A stretch of DNA of 64,000 bases from assembly GCA_041648335.1 (NCBI GenBank), contig JBAZPG010000002.1, positions 30,528 through 94,527 of the forward strand. The letters run 5' to 3'. This DNA comes from Candidatus Micrarchaeia archaeon. Lineage in GTDB: Archaea > Micrarchaeota > Micrarchaeia > Norongarragalinales > Norongarragalinaceae. The notes beneath the pieces were generated by a model. That model worked only from the letters and a program-made list of their open reading frames with translations, was not told the DNA's origin and made no database searches. Below are positions 54,957 to 64,000 of this stretch, one piece after another (the stretch's first letter is position 1; every line of letters begins with the position of its first letter). Made by a program: the position numbers and the translations under genes.

Positions 54957-56183
54957 ATGACGCGTGCAATCATTTTGTTCGCCCTTTTGTCCGCCTGCCT
55001 GGCGTACGCGGAGGTGTCGAGCACCGAGGCGGCGCAAGCCGCTTCCACCTACGCTTCGCTCGATTCACTCAAGTCGCTCTCGCGTCCCCTCGAGGCGGGT
55101 TCGGACGCGTACTGGGTGTATTATACTCCGTTGACCTCGTCGAACAAGCTCGTGCTCGCCGTGGGGCAGTTCTATGGTTCCGTGCTCGAGGACGAGGAGG
55201 AACTCGCGCGGGTTGCGGGTGCGGTTTACGATTACGAAACGGCTTACACCACGATTACGGGGGAGGGTTATTCTTTCGACGCGCTCGCCCCCGCGTTTGG
55301 CGCGATTGCGACTGCGTTGCAACGGAACGAGGCGAACCTCTACGACCTCGAAGCGGTGACGCAGTCGAAGTACCCGTTCCTCGACTACTCGGGAATACAG
55401 GAGAACATCTCGCTCTTGCTGGTGGCGTCCGACGACTTGAACGTCGCGTTCCAGGAGGGCGCGACCCAACAGCGTATTTTCGAGGAGGAATACTCGGGTT
55501 CCTCGCTCGCAGTCCTAATCAACTATTATGACTCGGGTTTCGAGGGGCTCGCGGGCTTCCTCGCGGTTTACGAGGACTACCTCGACGCCGTAGCCACGAT
55601 GCAGTCCCAGGTGTACAAGTCGAGCATTCCCTCGAATGACCGCACGAGCATTTACGACAGCCTCGAGAACCTCAAGGAAATCGGCGTTTCCGACATATAC
55701 TCGCAGTTCATCGCCTCGAACCCCCAGGCGCTCCTGGCGACGAAGCGCGCGCTCCGCGATTCGTGGGTCAACGACTCCGTCTCCTCGTTCTCTTACTTGA
55801 AGACGCGCACGAACGCCCTAGCGGCGTACGCCCAACAGAAGCCGCGCTTCGATTACGTTTCCTCTGGTAAAGCGGCGCTCGAAAACTGCGGTTTGGGGGA
55901 CGAAGCCGCCAAGTCGGACGGCTATTACGCGGAACTCGAATACTACAAGAACAAGGGCACCGCCGCATCGTACGCCGAGATGATTACCATACTCGACGAG
56001 GCGGTTCCACTGTTGAACGGGATTTACGCGGATTACTCGAACTGCGTCGCGGCGCCCACCGCCCCGGCGTCGCCCGCTAAGGCGCAGGACAACTCGTGGG
56101 CGCTCTACGCCGCCCTCGCCTTGCTCGCCGCTGCTGGCGCGTACACGTGGTGGAAGAAGAAGCAGGAAGAACAGAACGAGTAG
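54957..56183 (+). CDS. Secreted surface protein with signal peptide and C-terminal TM anchor plus KKKQEEQNE tail
   Basis: IILFALLSACLAYA signal; WALYAALALLAAAGAYTWW anchor. Confidence 0.45.
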   Translation: MTRAIILFALLSACLAYAEVSSTEAAQAASTYASLDSLKSLSRPLEAGSDAYWVYYTPLTSSNKLVLAVGQFYGSVLEDEEELARVAGAVYDYETAYTTITGEGYSFDALAPAFGAIATALQRNEANLYDLEAVTQSKYPFLDYSGIQENISLLLVASDDLNVAFQEGATQQRIFEEEYSGSSLAVLINYYDSGFEGLAGFLAVYEDYLDAVATMQSQVYKSSIPSNDRTSIYDSLENLKEIGVSDIYSQFIASNPQALLATKRALRDSWVNDSVSSFSYLKTRTNALAAYAQQKPRFDYVSSGKAALENCGLGDEAAKSDGYYAELEYYKNKGTAASYAEMITILDEAVPLLNGIYADYSNCVAAPTAPASPAKAQDNSWALYAALALLAAAGAYTWWKKKQEEQNE

Positions 56184-56188
56184 AAAGA

Positions 56189-56935
56189 TTACAAGCCGGT
56201 TGGCGCGTCCAGGAAAACGGTTTCAACCCCGAACTTCTTCTCGAGCGCGCGTCCCAGCGCCTTGACGCCCAACGCTTCGGTGGCGTAGTGCCCGCCCGCG
56301 AGCACGCTCACCCCAGCCTCTTTTGCGTAATGGTAGTTACCGTGGTTGAACTCGCCCGTTAGCAGAACGTCGATGCCTTCGGACCCCGCGGCGAACCCGC
56401 CGCCTCCCGAGCAAACGCCTATCCTGCGCACGCGTTCGGGACCGAAATCGAAAACGCGGACTTTGCTTCCGAGGAATTTTCCGTAATCCGAAGCCAATTG
56501 TTTTATTGTCGTGTTCTTGCTTCCAATGCAGCCGATTTTCACGCCGCGGTACTCAAGGCCTCGGCGCACCTTTTTCAAACCCATTCCGCGCGCGATTTCC
56601 GCGTTGTTCCCGTAAACGGAATGCGTGTCGAGCGGGAGGTGCGACGCATACAAGTTCAAGTCGGAATCGAAGCACTCCTTCAAGCGGGCGCGCCAAGCGC
56701 GGTTCACGCGCGCCGGGAGCTTGTCGCGCCAGAACAAGCCGTGGTGCACGAGCAACAACTGGCACATTTTCCTGCCCGCCATCGAGAACGACTCGAGCGA
56801 GGCATCCACTGCGAGCCCGATGCGGCTCACGCGTTCCGCGCCCTCCACCTGCAACCCGTTGCAAGAGGAGTCCTCGCCCGCGTAGGCGAGCGTGGAATCC
56901 AGCCAATCCACTATTTCACGCCTTGACCGCATCAT
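56189..56935 (-). CDS. Nif3/YqfO-family dinuclear-metal protein
   Basis: MMRSRREIVDWLDSTLAYAGEDSSCNGLQVEG..HHGLFW and C-terminal GHYATE motifs; the Arg-rich extension of the track ORF (to 57076) is rejected. Confidence 0.65.
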   Translation of the reverse strand: MMRSRREIVDWLDSTLAYAGEDSSCNGLQVEGAERVSRIGLAVDASLESFSMAGRKMCQLLLVHHGLFWRDKLPARVNRAWRARLKECFDSDLNLYASHLPLDTHSVYGNNAEIARGMGLKKVRRGLEYRGVKIGCIGSKNTTIKQLASDYGKFLGSKVRVFDFGPERVRRIGVCSGGGGFAAGSEGIDVLLTGEFNHGNYHYAKEAGVSVLAGGHYATEALGVKALGRALEKKFGVETVFLDAPTGL

Positions 56936-57440
56936 AACAGGCACGCAGCGCTTTCGCGTTCTTCTCAGCCATTCCCGCCTTGTGCGAGAACTGCTGTTCA
57001 ACCGCCTTCTCGAGGGACTCGATGGACACGATGCCCGTGACTTTCGCGAACGCCCCGAGCACCGGAATGTTGACAAGCGGGCGACCCAGCTCGCGTTTCG
57101 CTATCTCAACCGCGTCCACCACGAACGCGCCTTCAACCGGCTTGTTCGAGGCGACGATTAGTTTCCCGTTCTTCTTCAAGCCCTTGCGTACGTCCACCTG
57201 CGCGAGGAGCGAGTCGTCGAGTACGACAACATAGTCCGGCTCGTAAACCTGCTGGTGTAACTTGATTTTCTTGTCGCTTATCCTGCAGTAAGCCTCGAGG
57301 GGCGCGCCCGTGCGTTCGACCCCGAAGAACGGGAACGCCTGCGCCTCCTTGCCGTCGTGGAACGCCGCGGTGGCGAGCACGCTCGCCGCCGTGACAACCC
57401 CCTGCCCTCCCCGTCCGTGGAACCTTATTTCAACCAACAT
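56916..57440 (-). CDS. 2-oxoacid:ferredoxin oxidoreductase gamma-type subunit
   Basis: LVEIRFHGRGGQGVVTAASVLATAAFHDGKEAQAFPFFGVERTGAP is the PorG/KorC signature. Confidence 0.65.
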   Translation of the reverse strand: MLVEIRFHGRGGQGVVTAASVLATAAFHDGKEAQAFPFFGVERTGAPLEAYCRISDKKIKLHQQVYEPDYVVVLDDSLLAQVDVRKGLKKNGKLIVASNKPVEGAFVVDAVEIAKRELGRPLVNIPVLGAFAKVTGIVSIESLEKAVEQQFSHKAGMAEKNAKALRACYDAVKA

Positions 57441-57443
57441 TTT

Positions 57444-58964
57444 TCAAACCACATCGATTACGACGCGTTCCACGCTCACGATTTCCTCCGCGATTTTCGC
57501 GGCGCGAGCGAGCTTCGCCTTGTCGTTAGCGTAAACTTCGAGCAACGGCTCCCCCGCGTTTACCCTGTCGCCCTTGAGCACTGCGAGCACGAGTCCGGCC
57601 GCCTTATCCTCGGGAGCCCCGGCCGCGCGGCACGCCCGCGAAATCGCGCGGTTGTCCACGTGCCCGATGCGCCCGCCTTTCGCGCTTGCCACCGACTGCT
57701 TGTACTTCCCGAGCTTGAAGTCCCCGGGCGCCACGCGCGGGTTACCGCCCTGCGCCTTCACTATCTCGAGGAACTTCTGCAACGCCTTCCCGGATTGGAG
57801 TTGCTGGCGCGCGAGGCGCGTCCCCTCGTCCTGGCTCACCCCACGGAGCATGGCGAGCATTATCCCACTCATCACGCACGCCTTATCACGCAACTCACTA
57901 CTCCCCCCACCGCGCAATGTCTCCAGTACTGTGCGCGCCTCGAGGTTCGGCCCGATCGTCTTGAGGAGCGGTTCGCTGCCGTCCGTGATGCTGCACTGCA
58001 CGCGCATGCCGAGCATCCTGCCGAGCGCCTCGAAGTCCTTAGCCAGGTCGCGCGCCTGTTCGAGGTTCTCAAGCTTGGCACCCAAACCAATGGGCAAATC
58101 GAGTAAAACGTATTCCGCGCCCTCCGCCTTCTTCTTCGCGAGTATGCTCGTGAGCAAGAGCGCCTTGGGGTCAAGGCACAACGGTTTCCTTATGTGTATT
58201 AGCTTGTCGTCGGCAGCCGCGAGGTTCACCGCGCCCCCCCAGATTATGAACGCGTTCACGTCGTCCACCACGCGCTGCGCCTGCTTGATGTCCAACGCAA
58301 CCGGGCAGAACGCCTCCATCACGTCCGCGGTGCCGGCTGCGCTGCTTATGGCGCGGCTGCATGTTTTTGGAATGCAGATGCCGAGCGAGGCGATTATCGG
58401 CACAAGTAACATCGCGGTGCGGTCACCTGCAACGCCGCCGATGCTGTGCTCGCTGACGACTATCTTCGCGTGCGGCTTGAGGGTGCCGCCGGAAGCGTAC
58501 ATAGCCTTGGTCAACGCAACCGTTTCGTCCGAAGACAACCCGCGGGTGTAAACGCCGCTCACGAATGCGGCGAGCTCGGCGGACGAGAGGCGTTCAGCCA
58601 TCAAGTCGTCTATTATCCCGTTTATTTCCGCTGCCGTGAGTATGTTGCCGTCCAGCTTCTTGCGTATCGCGTCCAAACTGTGCGGGCGTTCGGCCGGCTC
58701 GACGCGCACCTTCTGTCCTGTCTTTAGTTTGAGTTTTTCCGCGGCTTCCCCGAACAAGCCGATTTCGCCGTACTTGATGAACTTGTCCGAGTGGTCCGCA
58801 ATCGCGGTGACGCTCTTCCCGTTTGCAGTGAGTTGGATGCGGTCGAGTAACGCGATGTTCGCTTCGCGCGCCTGAGCGGAGTTCAGCACTGCCTCGTTCT
58901 GCCCTTGTTTCACGTCGAACAAGCGCGCCTTCAAGTCCATGAAAACAATTACCTGCCTTGTCAT
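57444..58964 (-). CDS. AMP/thymidine phosphorylase family (archaeal AMP phosphorylase-like)
   Basis: About 507 aa from the internal ATG (MTRQVIVF..); pyrimidine-nucleoside phosphorylase core (HSIGGVAGDRT, glycosyltransferase family 3 fold) with the extra N-terminal domain typical of AMP phosphorylase. Confidence 0.65.
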   Translation of the reverse strand: MTRQVIVFMDLKARLFDVKQGQNEAVLNSAQAREANIALLDRIQLTANGKSVTAIADHSDKFIKYGEIGLFGEAAEKLKLKTGQKVRVEPAERPHSLDAIRKKLDGNILTAAEINGIIDDLMAERLSSAELAAFVSGVYTRGLSSDETVALTKAMYASGGTLKPHAKIVVSEHSIGGVAGDRTAMLLVPIIASLGICIPKTCSRAISSAAGTADVMEAFCPVALDIKQAQRVVDDVNAFIIWGGAVNLAAADDKLIHIRKPLCLDPKALLLTSILAKKKAEGAEYVLLDLPIGLGAKLENLEQARDLAKDFEALGRMLGMRVQCSITDGSEPLLKTIGPNLEARTVLETLRGGGSSELRDKACVMSGIMLAMLRGVSQDEGTRLARQQLQSGKALQKFLEIVKAQGGNPRVAPGDFKLGKYKQSVASAKGGRIGHVDNRAISRACRAAGAPEDKAAGLVLAVLKGDRVNAGEPLLEVYANDKAKLARAAKIAEEIVSVERVVIDVV

Positions 58965-58965
58965 T

Positions 58966-59538
58966 TTAAAGCATTCCAACGACTTCCCGACGGCGCACGC
59001 TGGGCTCGAATCGTTCGCGTTCGTCGCGTCGCATGAGGACGCACTTGAATCCGAGTTTCCTCGCGGCTTCCAGGTTGCGCGCGTGGTCGTCCACGAACAG
59101 CACTTCCTCGGGCTTCGCGCCGGTAACGCGCAGCACTTCATCGAAAATGCGCTTTTCGGGTTTTGACGACTTCAGTGTGTCGCTTACCACCGAATAGTCA
59201 AGGTCTATTTTGAACCTGTTCAACAAATAATCCGCCCATCGCGTAAGGTGGTTGGTTAACACGCAAGTCGCGATTCCTTTTTCCCTTGCTGCGTCAACCA
59301 ACGCTTTCGCGTCAGGATCCAAGTCCACGGAATCGAGCGCCGCCCGTACGGCGTCTTCGTCCACGCCGAGGGCTTCAATCAATTCGCTTTCGCTGATAGT
59401 TCCTTTGCAGGCTGCGCGAAGTATGTTTATTTTTAGTTGCCTCCATTCTTCGTCAATCTTATCCGCACCTTGTTTTGGAAATGAAACATATTGCTGTACG
59501 GTTATTACGCCCATCAAGTCGAGTGCGAGCACTTTCAT
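58966..59538 (-). CDS. HAD-superfamily hydrolase
   Basis: Motif I LALDLMGVI, motif III/IV KPEKRIF..VDDHARN. Confidence 0.65.
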   Translation of the reverse strand: MKVLALDLMGVITVQQYVSFPKQGADKIDEEWRQLKINILRAACKGTISESELIEALGVDEDAVRAALDSVDLDPDAKALVDAAREKGIATCVLTNHLTRWADYLLNRFKIDLDYSVVSDTLKSSKPEKRIFDEVLRVTGAKPEEVLFVDDHARNLEAARKLGFKCVLMRRDERERFEPSVRRREVVGML

Positions 59539-59629
59539 TTCGAAACGGTTAATAATGCAGTCAATTAAGAATCTTTTGTTGTTTTACCCCCCTAGTCGCG
59601 GGATTAAGGGGGCGCGGTGGTTTCAAGAA

Positions 59630-60724
59630 ATGAGCGACCCTGAATTCGATAAGATGTTCGGTTCCAAACACGAGGTAATCTCCAATCCCGGCCAACCCCT
59701 CTCACCGGAGGACGCGGAGCTCGTCAAATTCCTCGAGGACAGCGCCCCCAAGATTTTCGTCATCGGAACCGGCGGTTCGGGTTGCAACACGATCAACCGC
59801 ATGTCGCAGGTGGGCATAACGGGCGCGACGCTCGTCGCGATGAACACGGACGCCCAGCACCTCCTCGGCGTGAAGGCTTACCGCAAACTCCTCCTAGGAA
59901 AGAAGAAAACCAAGGGGATGGGCGCGGGAAGCAACCCTGTGGTGGGCGAGGCAGCCGCGCAGGAGTCCGAACAGGAAATCAAGACGCTCCTCGCGGACGC
60001 GGACCTGGTTTTCGTGACGTGCGGGATGGGTGGAGGCACGGGCACGGGGAGCGCCCCGATAATCGCGAAGGCAGCGAAGGATTCCGGCGCGCTCGTCGTC
60101 GGCATAGTCACCATACCTTTCTCGTCCGAGGGCGCCAAGCGCATGCGGAACGCCATGGAGGGCGTCGAAAAGCTGAAGCGCGAGGCGGACACCACCATAG
60201 TCGTGCCCAACGACAAACTGTTGTATTTCGTAGCGGACTTGCCGATTGACGAGGCGTTCAAGGCGAGCGACTCCGTGCTCTCGAACGCCGTGAAAGGCAT
60301 CGCCGAACTGATTACGAAACCCGGGTTAATCAACCTGGATTTCGCGGACATGCGCACGATACTCCAGGAGAGCGGTACTGCCATGATAGGGCTCGGGGAA
60401 GCGAGCACAATCGACCAGCGGAACCGCGTCATCGAGGCAGCTGAGAAGGCGTTGACGTCGCCCCTGCTGGATTTGGATTTGTCGCAGGCGAACAAGGCGC
60501 TCATAAACATCACGGGCGGGCACGACATGACGCTCGGCGAGGCCGAGGCGGCTGTGCAGGCGGTGAGTTCGGCTATGGCGAAGGATTCGCATGTCATCTG
60601 GGGCGCCCGCATAGACGACACCCTTGAGAAGAGCAAGGTGCGCGTGCTCGCGGTGGTCACGGGACTCAAGGAGGCGCCCAAGAGCGAAACGGGTGCCGAG
60701 ATGGAATTGGATTTCATAAGTTGA
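59630..60724 (+). CDS. ftsZ: Cell division GTPase FtsZ
   Basis: GTGGSGCN (G-box), NTDAQHL, GMGGGTGTGSAPIIA tubulin/FtsZ signature; start at MSDPEF (alternative upstream ATG about 59555). Confidence 0.85.
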   Translation: MSDPEFDKMFGSKHEVISNPGQPLSPEDAELVKFLEDSAPKIFVIGTGGSGCNTINRMSQVGITGATLVAMNTDAQHLLGVKAYRKLLLGKKKTKGMGAGSNPVVGEAAAQESEQEIKTLLADADLVFVTCGMGGGTGTGSAPIIAKAAKDSGALVVGIVTIPFSSEGAKRMRNAMEGVEKLKREADTTIVVPNDKLLYFVADLPIDEAFKASDSVLSNAVKGIAELITKPGLINLDFADMRTILQESGTAMIGLGEASTIDQRNRVIEAAEKALTSPLLDLDLSQANKALINITGGHDMTLGEAEAAVQAVSSAMAKDSHVIWGARIDDTLEKSKVRVLAVVTGLKEAPKSETGAEMELDFIS

Positions 60725-60731
60725 TGCAAAA

Positions 60732-60910
60732 ATGAACATAATTGAAACACTAAAGGACTTCGTGAAGCAAAGCGAGCGCGTGCTCACCATAACCCACAAG
60801 CCGCGCGACTTCGAGTTCCGCCAAATGGCGTTGACTACCGGCGTGGGGATGGCTATCGTGGGACTCGTGGGCTTCGCCATCGCGATGGTAGCGTATTTCT
60901 TGAAAGGGTG
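60732..60910 (+). CDS. secE: Protein translocase subunit SecE/Sec61-gamma (59 aa)
   Basis: VLTITHKPRDFEFRQMALTTGVGMAIVGLVGFAIAMVAYF; conserved position between ftsZ and spt5. Confidence 0.6.
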
Positions 60911-60915
60911 AAAAA

Positions 60916-61350
60916 ATGTTATTCGCTTACCGCGTTACCGCGGGACAAGAGAGCATCGTGGCTGACTTGCTGCACGAGAAGGCCCGCAAGAAGAAAGTCC
61001 CAATAAACGCGTTCCTCATCTCGCCGCGCCTCAAGGGCTACCTCATCGTCGAGAGCACGAGCGAAGTCGAGGCGAAACAGCTGATTACGAACGTACCGCA
61101 CGTGAAGAGCGTTTTACCGCAGCCGATTCCTTTCGTGGAAATCAAGAGCTTGCTCGAATCCAAGCCCGCGGTGGTGAACTTCAACAAGGGCGATTTGGTC
61201 GAGGTGACGAACGGGCCGTTCAAGGGCGAGCGCGCGAAAGTAGTGCGCATCGACCCCGAGAAGGACGATGTTACGGTGGAACTCGTCGAGGTTGCGGTGC
61301 CGATTCCGGTCACCATCAAGACGGACGCGATAAAGCTCCTGCCGCAGTAA
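60916..61350 (+). CDS. spt5: Transcription elongation factor Spt5 (NGN + KOW)
   Basis: NGN domain N-terminus (FAYRVTAGQESIVADLL), KOW motif FNKGDLVEVTNGPFKGERAKVVRID. Confidence 0.85.
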   Translation: MLFAYRVTAGQESIVADLLHEKARKKKVPINAFLISPRLKGYLIVESTSEVEAKQLITNVPHVKSVLPQPIPFVEIKSLLESKPAVVNFNKGDLVEVTNGPFKGERAKVVRIDPEKDDVTVELVEVAVPIPVTIKTDAIKLLPQ

Positions 61351-61355
61351 CGCGT

Positions 61356-63683
61356 TCAACCGAGCCAGGAGCCGCCCGCATCAACGCACGCCTGCTTGTA
61401 AAACTCGAGAACCCTTTCCGGATAGCGCGCGCCCAAGCCTTCGCCCGTGTCTGGTACTCCATAGTGCGTCCCCGGGCGTCCACAGCAAGCGTTCTGGTCG
61501 TAATTCGAACAGTCGCTTCCACCCGAATAGTATGCCCTACACGCTTCGAGCATTGCGTCCTCGAACAACATGCCACCGTTAATTTTTTGTATTGCCAATT
61601 CCGCGGTGCCCATGCCGCGATTGTAACCAAAAAGCACCATTTGGAACTGCTCCGTCTTGCTTGTGCCAGGCAAATCCGCTTGGACATTATCTAAATCCGT
61701 TGCCAACTTTTCCGTACCGCGGTCTATGTTCTCTTCAACCTCGCAGCCGCCCTCGTTGCCGCAAGTGACTACCTGCATCAAACCCTGGTTGTTATCTTGT
61801 TCGTGGACGCACGAACTCTCAGTCATGATTAAAGCTTCCACCAAACCCAAGTCGAACCCCCGCGAATACAACCCGTTCCGGTACATCGCCGCCTCCAACT
61901 CGGTTTCGTATTTCGTGCAACCTGCGAACGCAGCCGGCGTTTCCGTGACGCTCTGCGAGCACCCGAAAGACGCGCGGTAGGCGCCCGAGTTTATGCGCGA
62001 GTAACCGTAATACTCTGCGATGCCGTCGAATATCGCCTTCGCTGCGGTTCCAGCGAAATCCGCTTGTTCGTAAGCCGGGTCGTCAATTCGCGTCACTTCC
62101 ACTAGAATCGAGGGCGCGCCCGAGTAGAGTACGCCTAACTTGTTGAGATATGACTCGGAGTCTGGAAACAAGCCCCGGTTATCCTCGACCAACGGTGCCA
62201 AGCGGGCGTTAACCGTGGCGGCAACGCGCTTGGATTCGCCGAGCACGCCCGCAGTTGCCTGAATCGGGTAGTAAACCATTCCTATACCTTCGTCACAGGA
62301 GTCGTGGTGAATGCTAACCATCAAATCCGCGTCCCAATCGCGCGCCTTGTTCGCGCGGTCCGTTACTGTCAAGTCTTTTTCGCAGTTTGCGTCAAACAAA
62401 TAAACCTCTGCGCCAGCCGATTTGAGCCAATCTGCAAGTTTTTCACCCACCGCCTTGTTGCGGGAGTATTCCTCGATTCCATTCGTACAAGCCGCGCCGA
62501 AGTCACAGGCTTGCGCATCTGGAAGAACTGCGTGATGTCCTATGTCAACGAATATTTTCTTTCCCGTGAGTGAGTCCGTTATCAATCCCGCACTTGGAAT
62601 TTCCTCGGGCTGTTCGGCTTCCTCTAATTCGGCTTCGAGTTCCTCGCTTTTTTCCAAGTCCGCTACGCGCGAGTGCTCGATCGTGACTTTCACAATTATT
62701 TCCTTTTCCAGTACGAGCGTCTTCAAGCCAATCGTGAGCTTGCCGTCGTAAGCGTCTTCCTTGAACAAGCCATCCGAATCCGTGGGCGCGTCCTCCAAGT
62801 CCACGCGCACGACTCCGTAATACGTTTCGCCGAGCTTCTCGAATTCCACGCTCGCGTACTCTGCGACTCCGCCCGTGAAACGCGTCAACGGCTCCTCATC
62901 CAGCGCGTAAGTAAACGAAAGTTCGCTGTTCGCGGAAGGCTCCAATTCGGATACCTTCAACTCGATTTCGTCAGGCAAGTCGTCAAGCGGGTTTGCAAAC
63001 GGCGTTGGTGTGGGTATTGACTTCACTAGCTCGAGCGCCTCAATCTCGTTTGCCACATCATAGTCCGGGTTGATTATCTTCGCAGTGCGCACCGCGCCCA
63101 CGAACTCGCGCGCGTCCTCCACGATTTCAGCCGACAGTTCTTCCTCGGGCGCGAGCGCCTCGTTCAGCTTCCCCTGTAGCGCAGCAGCCTCGTCCTCGCT
63201 CAAGTCCAGCGAAGCGATATCGCGGAGCAACCCATCGAACGCTACGGCTTGAGCCGCTGCGGCGCCCGGCTTGGTTACCAAATAAATGGGTGCGCTTCCC
63301 TCATCCGCGTATTCTATTGTCTTCTCCTGCGTTTGGTTGGGTGCCAGCGTCACGGACTCCCGCGTTGCAGTCTCGGTGACTTGTTCTTCCAACGGAATCG
63401 GCGGAGTATCCGTTTCTTCTTCCACCGCGCTCGACTCCGGGTTCACGGTGTACAGGTTGAATGAAACGGTTTCGTCGGACGGGTTGTTTATGCTGATGCC
63501 CGCCTTTGTCCCGGCGGCACCGTAGCTCAAGACGAGCGCGGGCTCCGCCAAATACTCGGTTTCCCCTAGAGCGGTCTCCACGCCCACTTGCTCGGCAGTC
63601 GGAGGCACGGGTTGCGAGAAGTAGAGCGCGGCTATGACTAGTAATAGGATGCCCGCGGCGATTGCGATTGTTTTGTCGTCCAT
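61356..63683 (-). CDS. Large exported peptidoglycan hydrolase: N-acetylmuramoyl-L-alanine amidase (Amidase_3) plus lysozyme-like lytic transglycosylase (SLT) domains
   Basis: N-terminal signal/anchor; Amidase_3 pattern IGHHAV..E..N..LVSIHHDS; SLT motif LIMTESSCVHEQDNNQGLMQV ... FGYNRG; Glu/Pro-rich linkers. Confidence 0.7.
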   Translation of the reverse strand: MDDKTIAIAAGILLLVIAALYFSQPVPPTAEQVGVETALGETEYLAEPALVLSYGAAGTKAGISINNPSDETVSFNLYTVNPESSAVEEETDTPPIPLEEQVTETATRESVTLAPNQTQEKTIEYADEGSAPIYLVTKPGAAAAQAVAFDGLLRDIASLDLSEDEAAALQGKLNEALAPEEELSAEIVEDAREFVGAVRTAKIINPDYDVANEIEALELVKSIPTPTPFANPLDDLPDEIELKVSELEPSANSELSFTYALDEEPLTRFTGGVAEYASVEFEKLGETYYGVVRVDLEDAPTDSDGLFKEDAYDGKLTIGLKTLVLEKEIIVKVTIEHSRVADLEKSEELEAELEEAEQPEEIPSAGLITDSLTGKKIFVDIGHHAVLPDAQACDFGAACTNGIEEYSRNKAVGEKLADWLKSAGAEVYLFDANCEKDLTVTDRANKARDWDADLMVSIHHDSCDEGIGMVYYPIQATAGVLGESKRVAATVNARLAPLVEDNRGLFPDSESYLNKLGVLYSGAPSILVEVTRIDDPAYEQADFAGTAAKAIFDGIAEYYGYSRINSGAYRASFGCSQSVTETPAAFAGCTKYETELEAAMYRNGLYSRGFDLGLVEALIMTESSCVHEQDNNQGLMQVVTCGNEGGCEVEENIDRGTEKLATDLDNVQADLPGTSKTEQFQMVLFGYNRGMGTAELAIQKINGGMLFEDAMLEACRAYYSGGSDCSNYDQNACCGRPGTHYGVPDTGEGLGARYPERVLEFYKQACVDAGGSWLG

Positions 63684-63801
63684 TTCGTCTAGTGTTGGTT
63701 AGCAAGGCGTTTTTAATTAGGTTTCTTGCGGGGGGTGCGGAAAGGGTTAAATATGTGCGGGAGGCATTCTCGTTCTTAGCCGTTTGTTATGGTGGGTTTT
63801 C

Positions 63802-64000
63802 ATGGTTGTATCGAAGAAGTTGAAGCCGGTTACGGATGCGTTGGAGTCCCTGATAGGGGACGCGAGCGTGCCCAGGAACGTGCGCACCTCGCTTTCGAAC
63901 GCGAAAGCCAAGCTCACGGACTCGGTTGACCCGGTAGCCGGGATGTCGAGCGCGATTTACGATTTGGATTCCGTGAGCAACGACATCAACCTCCCGATGC
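63802..64000 (+). CDS. UPF0147-family small archaeal protein (3' end outside window)
   Basis: SVPRNVRTSLSNAKAKL...IYDLDSVSNDINLPM matches the UPF0147 pattern (PRNIRR..L.DE.SNDPNLP). Confidence 0.55.
   Translation, partial: MVVSKKLKPVTDALESLIGDASVPRNVRTSLSNAKAKLTDSVDPVAGMSSAIYDLDSVSNDINLPM

Noticed and set aside
59555-59629. Alternative upstream ATG for ftsZ (MQSIKN...)
   Set aside because: Kept as a possibility. The MSDPEF start gives an N-terminus of more usual length, and my hand-count of positions in this stretch disagreed with the ORF-track frame by 1 nt, so coordinates here are approximate.
59878-60750. 290-aa minus ORF opposite ftsZ
   Set aside because: Ser/Ala-rich antisense artefact; FtsZ signature is on the plus strand.
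1-64000. CRISPR array / cas genes
   Set aside because: No regularly spaced identical short repeats seen anywhere in the window.

Overview
The window reads as a gene-dense archaeal chromosomal segment of about 62% GC. The archaeal markers are a DnaG-type primase with a Toprim partner, Spt5, SecE, FtsZ, Csl4, Pth2, a PAC2 chaperone, Hjc, HerA/NurA/Mre11/Rad50, an Ogg2 glycosylase, a geranylgeranyl reductase, mevalonate kinase, archaeal-type LeuRS and an intron-containing tRNA. On this backbone sits a patchwork of accessory and bacterial-like content. There is a two-domain peptidoglycan hydrolase (MurNAc-L-Ala amidase plus lytic transglycosylase). There is an [FeFe]-hydrogenase H-cluster-domain protein. 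There are bacterial-type GlpX and class II FBP aldolase genes. Two Tad/Flp-like pilus loci carry class III-signal pilins. A ParDE module and a tandem-repeat protein with a homopolymer frameshift are wedged between nurA-herA and mre11-rad50. A low-GC island carries a split HicA/HicB module. A LonB gene is truncated right after an intein N-terminal block. Partial duplications of a tRNA-Pro 3' end are present. Four tRNAs were found by eye: Asp-GTC, Pro-TGG, Arg-CCT, and Ser-CGA with a putative intron. No CRISPR array was seen. Product calls rest on motifs read from the ORF translations. No database searches were run. Coordinates of features shorter than 60 aa and of tRNAs are hand-counted and may be off by 1-2 nt.
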